In this document: positions 50,200-62,720 of the stretch, in pieces
Position numbering within the stretch: position 1 is the stretch's first letter
Layout of the letters: every line of letters starts with the position of its first letter
From: Gekko japonicus
Taxonomy: Eukaryota
Direction of reading: 5' to 3'
Length of the DNA stretch: 64,000 bases
Assembly (NCBI RefSeq): GCF_001447785.1
Contig: NW_015165887.1
Location: 31,373-95,372 of the forward strand
The notes under the pieces: model-generated
What the model saw: only the letters and a program-made list of their open reading frames with translations
Databases searched by the model: none
What the model was told of the DNA's origin: nothing
Made by a program: the position numbers and the translations under genes

Positions 50200-52682
50200 T
50201 GTGATAGACGGTCAAGGGTTAATGCCTCACAGAGTTTGAGAACCTCTGAGTGACAGGCTGTTCAAATAGAATTCCGTGAAGAGCATCAGTTAAGATATGA
50301 CAGTTAGGAGGACTTCTGGTTTATGGTGACACACTGGCGGACACATCTCCCGGACCTCCCAGGGATGTGATCTGTGCATCAGCAGAAAGGAGGGGGGGCG
50401 ACGGGTCGCTACCCCCCCCGGAGCCTTGGCAAAAGGCTCCTAACCATGGGGCTTTTGAGGGGTGGTCTCTTCGCCAGCAATATGCTGGGGAAATGAGGCA
50501 GTCCTCCGCCCTGATGGTTCTGCCACTGAGTGTCTGTATGAATCTAGAGCCGCTGACCGGGGCAAGCATTGGAGATCGAGCGTTTTGAACGTATGCCAAG
50601 CGAGGTCGTATGACCAACAATGAACTGTGAGTCGGGTTAAAGCGAAATGAGAATTTAAAAAGAACGCTACCCCCTGGGAACAGTGAAAAAAGTGAGTGGG
50701 GGAGGGGCCTCTCCCATACGCATGAACTAAACAATGAAATACTAAGGGGGGAGCGGAAGAAAAAGTGTTGAAATCTGTTTTGAGAGACTTACGAGAGTGG
50801 AGATAAATGTATGGGCGTATTTCAGAGACTTTAGCAAGTTTTTATAAAAGTAAAAATCCATAAAGATGGCGGGGAAGAGGGCAGAGAAAGACAAACCAGT
50901 AAAAGTGAAACCAGCCGGGATCTTGAGCCCTTGACCGGAAGAGACCACTGAGCTTTCCAAAATGTTGGCAGAGTCCTTGCGCCCTCTGCTGGACCAGATG
51001 ACTAACATCGAACAACAGCTGACGAATCTAAACCAGAATCTTGCAACTCAGCAGCTCCAACTGACTGAGACTTTAAAAATAACGGAGCAAACGGCTGAGA
51101 AGTGAAGGAAATGGATGCCAATGCCAAAAAAGTCAAGAAAAAGGTGCAAAAGCTGGAAAAGAAACAAGCCTAGGAAGAATCACAACTTTTACAGCTGCAA
51201 ATGGAGAAAGCAAATTTGGTCCTATGGTTTCAAGGGGTCCCAGAATTAAAAGGAGAGAATCTAAAGCAACTCCTGAGTGAAGCATTAGCCCCAGTTACAG
51301 ATTTGAAAGCGGAGTATCTTGCAAGCAAAATGGATGTGGTCTATAGGTCCTATTCCGTGTACATCAAAAAGAATAGTCTGCCTGGGGGAATAGTGGCTAG
51401 ATTCTCAAAGCGACATGTGAGGGATTCTATCCTGAAAGCAACTACAGGAACACCCTTGAAAATTGGGGACAATACCATCAGGATTCTAAAAGACATTCTA
51501 TCTGAAATAAGGCAAAAGAGAAAGAAATATATAAAGATTTAATCCTTTTTCTTCAAACAAACAGCATTGTCTACAGATGGTTAATTCCAGAAGGAGTCAT
51601 TTTCAAACTACAAGATAAAAAAGAAAAGATTGACTCTGTTTCCAAAGCACGTGAGTTTCTGAGAGTGCAGCTGGGAGAGCCAGCCGAGGTCAAGAAGGAA
51701 GAAGATGAAAGCAAATCCAGTGGCGAATTGGACTCGGTGTCTTCCGACGAGGACTCTCTTTCTGATAAGGGGGCAGCTGCTCCAAAGCGTAAATATAAAT
51801 TGAGGATTAGAAAAGATAAGACAAAATGAAGGCTGAAGGACTCTGAATTGTGCCTTTAAACTTTAGTTTTATTGTGGGATGCTCTGGGGGCTCTCTTAAA
51901 TGGTTAAAACATTAGATAAAAAGATTTAAAAAATTAGCATAGCCGACTATGTTCAAAGTAATGCTAGCAATTTAAGATTAACATTTATATAAGCTGTTGT
52001 TATGATCTCCTATCCTTGGGGTTTTAGTTAGTTGTGGTTTTGTTTCCTTTCTCCCTAGATGTAGTTACCCCTTCCCAATTTTTTCGTTGTAGTTTGTAGT
52101 TTATTAAAAAATGCAATAAAAATCCCCTTCGAGAGGCAAAAAAAAGAAAAGAAATGACAGTTAGGAAATGACAGTTGAGGAAGAGAGAGTTGAGCACTGA
52201 CTATGGACTGGGAAAGAGGCTGAAGGAGTGAGTGGATCACAGTGGATCCCCATTCAGGCTGAAAAGGGACAGAGCTTCTAGTCAAGAGAAGTAATCCTTG
52301 TATCTCATTCCGACTACAAAGCTTTTACTATATATTTGAAATGTTTTATGGCTTTCCTGTTGGTGAACTGGGTTGTATGTTCCTGCCTTCTAAAACTTAA
52401 GAGTCAGTGAAAATCAGGAACTTGAGTGTTAAAGCAGACACTGAAGAGAAAGCCTCTATCCTCAAATTTTCAAAGACCTTGTTGAAAATCAAAAACACTT
52501 ACTTGTTGGCAACATATTATCTGGAATTAGTGTGATTACAAATTCACCTCGGTTTTTATTATCAGTTCACCTCATATATCCCACCCCTGATTCCAGCTGA
52601 CCTTTCCCCCTCAAAATTAAATATTTGGTTTTTGAACTTTCAAAAGCCTCTCATGTGCCATTACAGGAGTAGAATATTAACA
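50200..52682 (+). mobile_element. Putative 5' LTR of the SCAN-gag element, split by the HAL1-like insertion
   Basis: TGTGATA...TATTAACA termini. Its last ~50 bp (52629-52679) recur at 53876-53926 as a probable 3' LTR remnant. Confidence 0.5.
50309..52148 (+). mobile_element. ORF1-only L1 derivative (HAL1-like), about 1.85 kb
   Basis: 17-bp TSD AAGA(T/A)ATGACAGTTAGG at 50292-50308 and 52149-52165. GC-rich 5' UTR, decayed ORF1 at 50866-51829 (NLVLWFQGVPE, IRILKDI, YRWLIPEG), AATAAA near 52116 and A-rich tail. No ORF2. Confidence 0.8.
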
Positions 52683-52981
52683 GGCTATTTTGTCTTCTCC
52701 CTCAAGTCCCTGGGCTGGGCCAGCATCAAAATATATAATAACATGACAAGGTGGGACAGTTATAGACCAACAAATAAGAAGAAAATAGATGTAGGGCCTG
52801 CTCAGCAAGAAAGAAAGAAGAAACGAAGGGGAAATCCTGTGCATGAAGGAGGGAAGATTTGGTAGCAGCATCATGATACAAAAATAAAAACCCACAATTA
52901 GTTTGTCCCAACACAAATAAAACAAAAAAGGAAAATATTTTATAAATTTGAGAGGAATTACCTCAGAATTCCTGTAAAAAA

Positions 52982-53860
52982 ATGGCACCAGTACACAGAC
53001 TCAGAGAAGTACATGGGGATAGTCAGGGAGAAGAAGAAACTACAGCTGGGGAAAATTTTAGGCAGGAGGTGGAAATTATGAGATTGAAAACTGAACTGGT
53101 GAAAATCGAAGCAGAAAAAGCAAGAATCGAAGCAGAAAAAGAACAACAAATACAGTTAGCCATGACTGAGTCAGAAAAAGAATTAACCAAGATTGAGGCT
53201 GAAAAAGCATGATGGCACAGCAAGGGGGGGAAGCTGAGAGGGAACATGAAAAAGAAATGTATATTGTGAAAATGAAGGAAATACAGTTAAGGGCAGAGTT
53301 GTCACTTCCACAAAGAAGTGGAGAAGTGGAACAAAAGAAATTTCCACAATATCAAAAAGTAGATGATGTGGAGGCATTTTTCTTTACTTTTGAATGAAAG
53401 TGTAGAGACTTTAGGGTCCAAGATGAGAACAGAATTATTTATTTGCACCCATAGATTTGTGGAGGACTAAGTGAAGTTTACTCAGAGATGAGAGATGAGG
53501 AAGCATCTAATTATTTTCTCTTCAAAGGAAGAGTGAGAGTTAGATATGGACTCGCAGCAGAGCAAAGCAGAAAAGCTTTTAGAGAAATTAAAAGAACACA
53601 GGGTGAAACATATGCACAGCTAGGTTGTCATTTGGACAGAGCCTTGGCCAGATGGATTGAGGGAAGCAAAATTCAGACATCTGAAGAACTGAAGCAATTA
53701 ATTGGTTTGGAACAGTTTTATAGACAAGTTTCTCCACAGCTGAGATGGTATCTGAGAGATAAAAATTAAAAACTGTAGATGAAGCTACCACTTTGTTAGA
53801 TGAAATAGAAAGGGACTTGGGAGGATTTCTTTTCCAAGCCCCAATAAGAAAAAGTTAAAT
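52982..53860 (+). mobile_element. Decayed Gypsy (Gmr1-like) gag with SCAN-like capsid C-terminal domain
   Basis: Coiled coil, then FPQYQKVDDVEAFFFTFE, then SRKAFREIK...LDRALARWIEG...EELKQLIGLEQFYRQVSPQLRWYLRD (SCAN pattern). Several stops. Confidence 0.78.
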
Positions 53861-54654
53861 AAAATATTTTGTTGATTTTTGAACTTTCAAAAGCCTCTTG
53901 TGTACCATTACAGGAGTAGAATATTAGCAGTGATTTGGTCTTTGTGGGACATGAACTTTTATTTCCCACCCTTGTATAGATATTAAACCTTCATACCCTG
54001 TGGCCTGCTTTGTTCCTGGTATCAGTCTCCAAAGAAGTTGTCTGATCCAACAGTTTGTCTTTTAGGAGTGACTTTGGCAATTTGCCAGGTGGCTTCCTTT
54101 GACTCTTCTGTCACTTCAAAGGCTGCAAAGCTAAAGATAAGCATGGCATGTCCAAATGTGTTCATCTTTATATTTCTGATCTTTAAAAATCTCAGTAAAT
54201 CTACTTTCTATTATGCCTGCCTTGCGGAAAAAAATGAAATTGTGATACCCTAACAAGTTTGCTAGAAATGTCATTATAATTATTGTTTTTCCTTATGGTG
54301 ATCCTTTTATGAAGTGCACATGCATGTGCAATATATAACATTAAAGTCAGGCAATGTAATAATGGCAGACAAGACAAGATCCAGGTTACAAAGTAATATA
54401 CGGAGTCTTTATTTGCTGTTGGGGTCAAACTACAATAAATCCAAAGCCTACCCAAATCCCTTAGAACCAAATCTATGGTTCTCACTCCTTTAGAGTCCCA
54501 TGTGCATCCATAGGACAGATCATTTGAATGCTAATCACTGCAGTACCTTCTATAGGTTGCAGTCACATGGATATTTGTCCCCTGCTTATTGCTTTTATTC
54601 TCTTGGTTATTAGTGACCTTTATCCTATTATTATTTGTATATCTGAAATACGCT

Positions 54655-54971
54655 GTTTGGAATTCACTGCCACAGGAGGTGGTGGCAGCTACAAGCATGG
54701 ACGGCTTCAAGAGGGGATTGGATAAATATATGGAGCAGAAGTCCTTCAGTGGCTATTAGCCACAAGGTATAGATAGGGACACTCAGTCTGGGGCAAGTGA
54801 TGTTCTATATTCTTGGTGCTTGAGGGGGGGCAACAGTGGGAGGGCTTCTAGTGTCCGGGCCCCACTGCTGGACCTCCTGATGGCACCTGGTATTTTTGGC
54901 CACTGTGTGACAGAGTGTTGGACTCGATGGGCCATTGGCCTGATCCAACATTGTTGTCTCTTATGTTCTTA
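54655..54971 (+). mobile_element. CR1-type LINE 3' end with (TTCTTATG)n tail; related copies at 1-70 (+) and 8341-8506 (-)
   Basis: Shared ACAGAGTGTTGGACT.GATGG.CCATTG.CCTGATCCAACAT...CTTATGTTCTTA. Confidence 0.72.
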
Positions 54972-57411
54972 TTTGAAGCCTTCTAGGCTTGGGCTGACCT
55001 AACCATTGACAATAGACACTCCAGTGGGCAGTTGGCTGGACCAAGAACATGCAATATATGTAAGTCATACCCATGTACCAGGATAGGAGACCCAAATCAC
55101 TTTTGGCCTTGAAAGTGTCAGTTTGGGAGAAATGAGCTGTCACCAAAATGACACTGTCATGTTGATGAGTTCTCTTCCTTTCATTCATAACTTGGAGCAA
55201 CACATACCCATGCTGTGATGCTCTAGTATTATATGTTTCTTTGACCTGCCAGTGGTAACAAATGATGTAAAGTTAGGCAATGAAATACATAGATGACCAT
55301 AGGAGCAATTCTGGCAGAGGCGGAATTGGGAAAGATCCTGCTTGTTAGCAGCAGCTGAATAAAATCTTGCTGAGTTTGTTCTCCTCTATGCCCAAAGTGC
55401 CGCACTGGGTGCGGCCACTGAGGTGCAAGCCCTTGTCCTTTGGCTCTTAGTATAAGGATCTGCTATAAAGTAGGGCAGAAGATCCACCAGTGGAGAGAGA
55501 AGCCTTGCTTTTTCTCCATGTATCATTAACTACTTTGAGTCCCCCAGGGAATAAACCCAAGAATCTTAAGTATGCTAAATAATAATAAAAAATAATACTA
55601 CGACATGAGTAATTTTAACTACACTTTAACTACACTTTAATATGGGATTGCCACTTTAGGTGACTTCCCTTTGTATCCCATAATGAGTAATTCTACAGTC
55701 TGCACCAAAAAAATAAAAATAAAAAATCAAAGCTGGATATTGCTTGCTGAAATCAGTCTGGGGGATTCCAAAACATTGATTTTGCTTTGGGAGTATTGTT
55801 TCTATGTTTCTCTAATCAGCCCAATTAGCCTGTACCTCTGTAAATACCCATCTTTGTTTTTCCAGGGGAAACTGATTCTATGAAGGGTGTATCCCCTAGA
55901 CTTTCATCAGCTCAGTAAACTCAATTGTTCTGATACCACAATTTTCATTTCACCATAGTCATGTCAAGCAGACACATTGCTTTTCTCAACAAATACTTTT
56001 TATTGCCACTGGCTAATGCACATATTAGTCAGTTTTGGTGACTCCAAAGTTATTTTACAGATTGCATTCATAGCAAAATAGTTTTCATCTACTGAATGAA
56101 ACAGATGACCATGTCTGAAGGAAGCTTTTTATTTTCATTCCCTTTAATAATGACCTTTTTTGCCATCAGTTTGCAGCTGACTTATGGCAACCCTTAATCA
56201 AGGTAAGAGACATTCAGAGGTGATTTGCCATCACCTGCCTCTCTCTAGAGACCCTGGTCTTCCTTGGTGGTCTCCCATTCAAATACTGACCATGGCCAAC
56301 CCTGCTTAGCTTCCAAGATCTGAAGAGATCAGGCTAGCCCAGGCTATCCAGGTGAGGGCAATAATGACTTACTTTTGCTCATCTTCAGGACTACATGATA
56401 TAACATCACAGCTCTTAGGATATGTATTATAAATGTAATCCAATTTAACCAGGATTCACAAAGATATACACAGAGAACCTTCAGTTTGAGATTTTATTAA
56501 GAACATCCAGAACCTTCATATTACTTTCCAGGTTTAATGGATGGAGCTGTGATAACAATCTGTGCTGCAGCTTTACAATCAAAACTAGGTTAAACTGAAC
56601 AAACCTAGCAATATATCCAGCTTCTCAGTAGTAATGCACTGTTGAAATGATATCAACGTACTCAGTATGATAACAGCATTTGAACACATTTCAGATAAAT
56701 GAACATAATCCAATAGGTGTACTCCAGCATCTCTGTGTACTTCTTAGATTGTATAAAGTAGTCAGTGTAGGCCACAGTGTACATTCTCTGAGGAGTATTT
56801 TAAAACTCTCCATCCAAGCCCATGGAATCCTAAGGCATATCTCTTGGACTACATGCTGCAGCTGTTTGTAAATTCAGATTTCTTGAGCCAGTCTGTACCC
56901 CATTCACACTTTTCAGCATTCTAGGGCCATTGGGAAAATACTGGATTTGGCGTGGTGTCTTCACTAAACTCCAAAAGTCACAAAAAGTATTTGATGACAA
57001 TGGAGTTAATGTAGCGTCACCTGAGAAACATGGAATGCCCAAGAACATACAAAGATGCATCCTTCCCCCTTCAATAATTACTGCAGTATTTAGGACCTTT
57101 TGTCACAATCTTTCTTCCATTATAAAGAGGGTCACTATGCTACTGCCAATAAAATATATTAATATATGGCTATTAAAAAGCTCTTTCTGTTCCCTTGCAC
57201 TTTTATTTGATGTAAAATATTTTGTACTCTGCCTTTCCATATGCTTATAGATATATAACAACCCATAGTTCCTTCTGAAAACCCAAGTCCTTGTAACAAT
57301 GCTGTAATCTATTCTCTGATAATCTTTAAAGTTACATCACAACAGCTGAATTTCATTTTCAGCTCCCACACTGAACAAATACTGAGAAAGGAAGAGTCAG
57401 ATTTCACTCCA

Positions 57412-58440
57412 TTAACATCTGCGTTCTGGATGAATCCTAAAAACTTTCCCAAATAAAATCATCTTCAGAGCCCTTCGAAACCACAGATAAAAAAATGCGT
57501 AAACAATTGGGTTAAATGTTGAATTCAAGTAGCCAAACCAAACCATCGCATCAATGAGAACAGGGGGTGTTGTGTAATTCATAAAGGGATCAGTAGCTGT
57601 GCAGAAAAAGAATGGGAACCAGCAGATGAGGAAAACACCCATCACTGTACCTAAAGTCTTTGCTGCTTTTCTTTCTCCACTGGGTGAAATATGATGCCTC
57701 ATTTCAAATCTTATTTGCATTTGACTCACAGCATTCCTAATAGATCTCGCCTGTCTTTGGGCTATAACATATATCTTCCCATAGACACATAACATGACAA
57801 ATCCAGGGATGTAAAAGGAAACCATGGAGGCCACTACCCCTGATGTTTCATTGAAGAATACAAAGCAGCCTCCCACACAATAGATGAGTTTGTAGAATTT
57901 CTCTTCTGCTCCTATCATGTTTAGCTCCAGAAAGATCATCCCAAAGCCAAACATCGCAGGGACGGTCCAACTTATGGAGATCATGATTAATATAACACAA
58001 GTGTTTATTTTTGATTTGTATCTCAGCGGATCACAGACAGCGTAGTAGCGGTCAATAGAGATAAATGATAGATGGAAGATGGAAGCTGTACTCAGCATGA
58101 TGTCCATGCCGGTGTGGAGTTTGCAGAAGAAGTCTCCAAAATACCAACAATTCTCAACTGATCTCACCATACTGTAAGGCATGACAAAGCATCCCAGGAG
58201 AAAGTCCACAGAGGCCATGGAGAGGATGAGAAAATTAGTAGGGGTGTGAAGCTGCTTGAAGTGTGATATTGAGATGATAACACTTAGATTGCCAGCTATG
58301 GTAGCAAGGATCACACACACCATGAAGACGTACATGGAGACCCGTACATGAATTGACCAGCTGCTCTTTATGCAGGAACCATTTATGGATTCACAGCAAA
58401 ACTGCATACTTCCAAAAGAATCGGATTCATGCAAGCACAT
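57412..58440 (-). CDS. TAAR1: Trace amine-associated receptor 1, with frameshifted C-terminal tail as assembled
   Basis: [51 protein letters not shown] and [16 protein letters not shown]. First in-frame ATG is 58440 and the ATG homologous to mammals is 58407; the ORF-track start at 58542 is a TTG inside a splice acceptor. Confidence 0.9.
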   Translation of the reverse strand: MCLHESDSFGSMQFCCESINGSCIKSSWSIHVRVSMYVFMVCVILATIAGNLSVIISISHFKQLHTPTNFLILSMASVDFLLGCFVMPYSMVRSVENCWYFGDFFCKLHTGMDIMLSTASIFHLSFISIDRYYAVCDPLRYKSKINTCVILIMISISWTVPAMFGFGMIFLELNMIGAEEKFYKLIYCVGGCFVFFNETSGVVASMVSFYIPGFVMLCVYGKIYVIAQRQARSIRNAVSQMQIRFEMRHHISPSGERKAAKTLGTVMGVFLICWFPFFFCTATDPFMNYTTPPVLIDAMVWFGYLNSTFNPIVYAFFYLWFRRALKMILFGKVFRIHPERRC

Positions 58441-60082
58441 TAGCCTCAGTCTGATGGGTAATGCTTGTGCAATTCTTCTTTTACGGTCAAAACAGAAACT
58501 ACTTTGTCTGTTGCCATGCAATGAAGGCAAAGTATCTGCCAAGAGAGAAGTAGAACATTAATTTTATTTATTTATATGAAATGTTTAGCCTGCATCATAA
58601 TCAGCATTCTAGAATCAGCATGCAAATAATACAAAAACAATACAATTGTAAAAAAAAAGAGAGAGATTTAAATATCTGGTAGCATAAAATAAACAGCAAA
58701 ATATTAATTAAAATAACAATATAACTATCTGAACCGGAGGACAGGCTTTTCTGTCCAGGTGTATTACAATGAGGCTGGGCTATTTTACTGGGTAGGCATG
58801 CATGGGATTTTGCTGTTGTTGTTGGTTGTGTTTTGATCAGTATTTTTAATTGTTTTATCATGTGCTCAGGATTTGTGAATGGAGAGAAAGTGCCACCATT
58901 CAGCTTGTGATATGACATCGGAAAGGAACAGGCCAGGTCATTTCTGAAATAAAGTTAGAAACTGGATAAAAGACGATCTACATTCTTTTATCTAAGAATA
59001 TCTGGAGTTGAATGGCCACCACACTTCAAGCACCACATTTCAAGCACCTCAGGGATGGAGGACTTCACGTTTAAAGAAATGCTGTAGCAGCTGATTGGCT
59101 GTACCTTTGAATGCCTCAGCAGGAGGCAGAGGTGGGATGCATCTGAAGAGGCTGGAAAGCCCCCTGAGTTCTTGTGAAATGATGCAGTCTGGCAAGAGGT
59201 TAGGGGGCAGGAAGATGGCATGCACATTATACCATGCCTTCTTCAAAAATGTCAGGGCAAGAGTTGAAGAAGAGGCTCCATGGTACCTTTTTCGGCATGT
59301 GGGGTGTGTGTGGAGAGAAAGCGGCTGGGGAACAATGTATCCACTAAACCCTCCATAACAGAAGCCATCAGGCTGTTGAGACTGGTCCAAGTTGAGGATC
59401 AAGTCTGGTGGAAGGGGTGGGATAGGTATTACCAATGATGACTTCAGGATGAGATTTACAACTGCTTCCTTTAAGGCAGCTGAAACTATCCTTCCCATCA
59501 AGGAATCATCAACGACGCCTGCACCCAGCTGGGCAGGCCCCTTCAACAAGAAGTAAAGAGTCAAAATGGTCACGGGTTAAACACAGAGGTGCAGGTCATA
59601 TCTGACCAAACTCAGTGATTGTAAAACAGAGGCAGGCAAACAAACAACTGTAGTGTTGCCAATTTAACACTTCTAGTGGAGATATTCCTGCCAGCAATCC
59701 CCTCCCCCTCTCATGTGATGTCCCAGAGACTCTCAACCCCCAAAGACCCCCATTTTTGTCACAGCTTGTTACCCTTTTTTGGACATGTCTACCCCTCAGT
59801 GTGAGCCTAGAATCGATAGAAGGAGCCTGAATTAAAGTGGTATTAAAAGGTTTTGCCAACGTTATGTCAAAGGAGGAATGGAATGCAGATTGGATGGAAA
59901 GATTGGATTTTTATGTTCCATTGGCAACACCCCTTCCCCTCTCCATCCCAGGCAAAAAGGTATAAAAAGTTCCCCGCCCAGCTCCCATTTTGTTTTGGAC
60001 TTATCCTGTTACCCCAGCCTAATGGTTGGCTCCTCATCTCTCCAATCTCAACTGTTCACTCCACAGACGTTGTGCTGCATTT

Positions 60083-60668
60083 CACCTGGGGTAGTTTCCC
60101 ACAAGCACTGCTCCACACTCACTCCTCCCCATTGCCCCGATGGTACGTGTGAATTTCACACAAGTTGCTGCGTGGCCGCATTTTGCACCGCAGCTTCACG
60201 CGATTTTCCCCACGTCTACGCAATTCTCAAAAAACAGGACTGGGTAATTTCCCACAAGCGCTGCTCCGCACTCACTCTTCTCTTTGGCCCGATGGTACGT
60301 GTCAATTTCACACAAGCTGCTGCGTGGCCGCATTTTGCCCGGCAGCTTCATGCAATTTTCTCTGCGTCAACTCAATCCTGTTTTTTGAGGATTGAGTAGA
60401 CACGGGGGAAATCACACGAAGCTACGGGGCAAAATGCAGTCGTGCAGCAGCTTGTGTGAAATTGATACATACCATTGGGGCAAAAGGGAGGAGTGAGTAT
60501 GGAGCAGCACTTGTAGGAAATCACCCGATTGAGTAGACGCGGGGGAAATCACACGAAGCTACGGGGCAAAATGCAGTCGTGCAGCAGCTTGTGTGAAATT
60601 GATACATACCATCGGGGCAAAAGAGAGGAGTGAGCATGGAGCAGCACTTGTGGGAAATCACCCCTGGT
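60083..60668. repeat. Foldback element: two direct ~150-bp units followed by two inverted units
   Basis: TTTCCCACAAGC...AATTTCACACAAG unit at about 60095 and 60248; reverse-complement units at about 60392-60525 and 60528-60660. Confidence 0.75.
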
Positions 60669-61729
60669 CAGTTACAGCTCCCAAAGCAGCTTCTTCACTG
60701 TTCAGAACACCCCCCATCCCTTTTCCCCTGCTTCTCTTTGGGAACAGGCTCATATGTTTCTTTCTTTTTAAGGTTTATTCCCCCTTTGATGTTGGCAGGT
60801 TCCCCAGGGAAAGGTTTTTGTGCTTTATTTGCTGTTTGGGGCTTTTCCACCCTGTAACTTTGATTTTGTTCTGCTCTTTGCATAAATTAATTTGGTTTCT
60901 CCTCCCTTTATAAAATAAAAACTGTTCTCCCTCCCCCTCATTTTTCTACATGTTGATCTGAATGTGGACCTTGGCATACACAGGCTAAGATCCCAAGTAC
61001 TGAAGTACTCCAAACACACATTTTGTTCCCTGCTAGCAAGAGGACCCCTTTGCTCATTAAGGCCCTGATCCTTATATACCAACTAGGAATAAGGATCGTT
61101 GTAAAAATAAATACAATGAGATCTAGAAAGAGGCTCTGGGAGAGTGCCAAGGCCTTGGGTACTCAGCGTCAATTTGCTGTGGCGACCTCCTCAAGCCCCA
61201 CCCTCTCCAGGCTTCACCCCTGAAATCCCCAGGAATTTCCCAGCCTGGAGTTGGCAACCCCATCCCCTTCCCAGCTAACCATCATCCTACCATTTTCTGC
61301 CCCTCTGACTGCAGCTGTCTTTTGCCCTCCCTCCTGGAGATCAGTTGTATTTCTAAGTAATCTCCACCACTCACCTGGAGATTGGCAATAGTGGTTCTCC
61401 CGGAGAAAATGGCTGGTTCAGAAGGGTGGAGTCTATGGAATTGTACGTGTCTGAGGTCCCACCCCTCCTCAAACCTCACCCTTTCCAGACTCCACTCCTC
61501 AAATCTCCAGGAATTTTCCAACCTGGAGTTGGCAACCCTATCTCCTTCCCAGCCAATCATCAACCTGCCATTATCTGCTCATCTGATGTCAGCTTTCCAC
61601 CTCTTTCCCCCTCCCGGAGATCAGTTGTAATTTTCAGTGATCTACACCAAAGTTCCCTCTAAGCTGAGTTAGTGTGAGCTAGCTCACAGTTTTTTAGCCT
61701 CCGGCTCACACCTTTTTGTCTGAGCTCGG

Positions 61730-62720
61730 NNNNNNNNNNNNNNNNNNNNNNNNNNNNNNNNNNNNNNNNNNNNNNNNNNNNNNNNNNNNNNNNNNNNNNN
61801 NNNNNNNNNNNNNNNNNNNNNNNNNNNNNNNNNNNNNNNNNNNNNNNNNNNNNNNNNNNNNNNNNNNNNNNNNNNNNNNNNNNNNNNNNNNNNNNNNNNN
61901 NNNNNNNNNNNNNNNNNNNNNNNNNNNNNNNNNNNNNNNNNNNNNNNNNNNNNNNNNNNNNNNNNNNNNNNNNNNNNNNNNNNNNNNNNNNNNNNNNNNN
62001 NNNNNNNNNNNNNNNNNNNNNNNNNNNNNNNNNNNNNNNNNNNNNNNNNNNNNNNNNNNNNNNNNNNNNNNNNNNNNNNNNNNNNNNNNNNNNNNNNNNN
62101 NNNNNNNNNNNNNNNNNNNNNNNNNNNNNNNNNNNNNNNNNNNNNNNNNNNNNNNNNNNNNNNNNNNNNNNNNNNNNNNNNNNNNNNNNNNNNNNNNNNN
62201 NNNNNNNNNNNNNNNNNNNNNNNNNNNNNNNNNNNNNNNNNNNNNNNNNNNNNNNNNNNNNNNNNNNNNNNNNNNNNNNNNNNNNNNNNNNNNNNNNNNN
62301 NNNNNNNNNNNNNNNNNNNNNNNNNNNNNNNNNNNNNNNNNNNNNNNNNNNNNNNNNNNNNNNNNNNNNNNNNNNNNNNNNNNNNNNNNNNNNNNNNNNN
62401 NNNNNNNNNNNNNNNNNNNNNNNNNNNNNNNNNNNNNNNNNNNNNNNNNNNNNNNNNNNNNNNNNNNNNNNNNNNNNNNNNNNNNNNNNNNNNNNNNNNN
62501 NNNNNNNNNNNNNNNNNNNNNNNNNNNNNNNNNNNNNNNNNNNNNNNNNNNNNNNNNNNNNNNNNNNNNNNNNNNNNNNNNNNNNNNNNNNNNNNNNNNN
62601 NNNNNNNNNNNNNNNNNNNNNNNNNNNNNNNNNNNNNNNNNNNNNNNNNNNNNNNNNNNNNNNNNNNNNNNNNNNNNNNNNNNNNNNNNNNNNNNNNNNN
62701 NNNNNNNNNNNNNNNNNNNN
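61730..62720. other. Assembly gap
   Basis: N run starting within a hAT MITE. Confidence 1.

Noticed and set aside
58441-58542. ORF-track TAAR1 start at 58542
   Set aside because: It is a TTG within a splice acceptor, not a eukaryotic start codon.
60083-60668. CRISPR-like array
   Set aside because: Eukaryotic DNA with long inverted units and no unique spacers.
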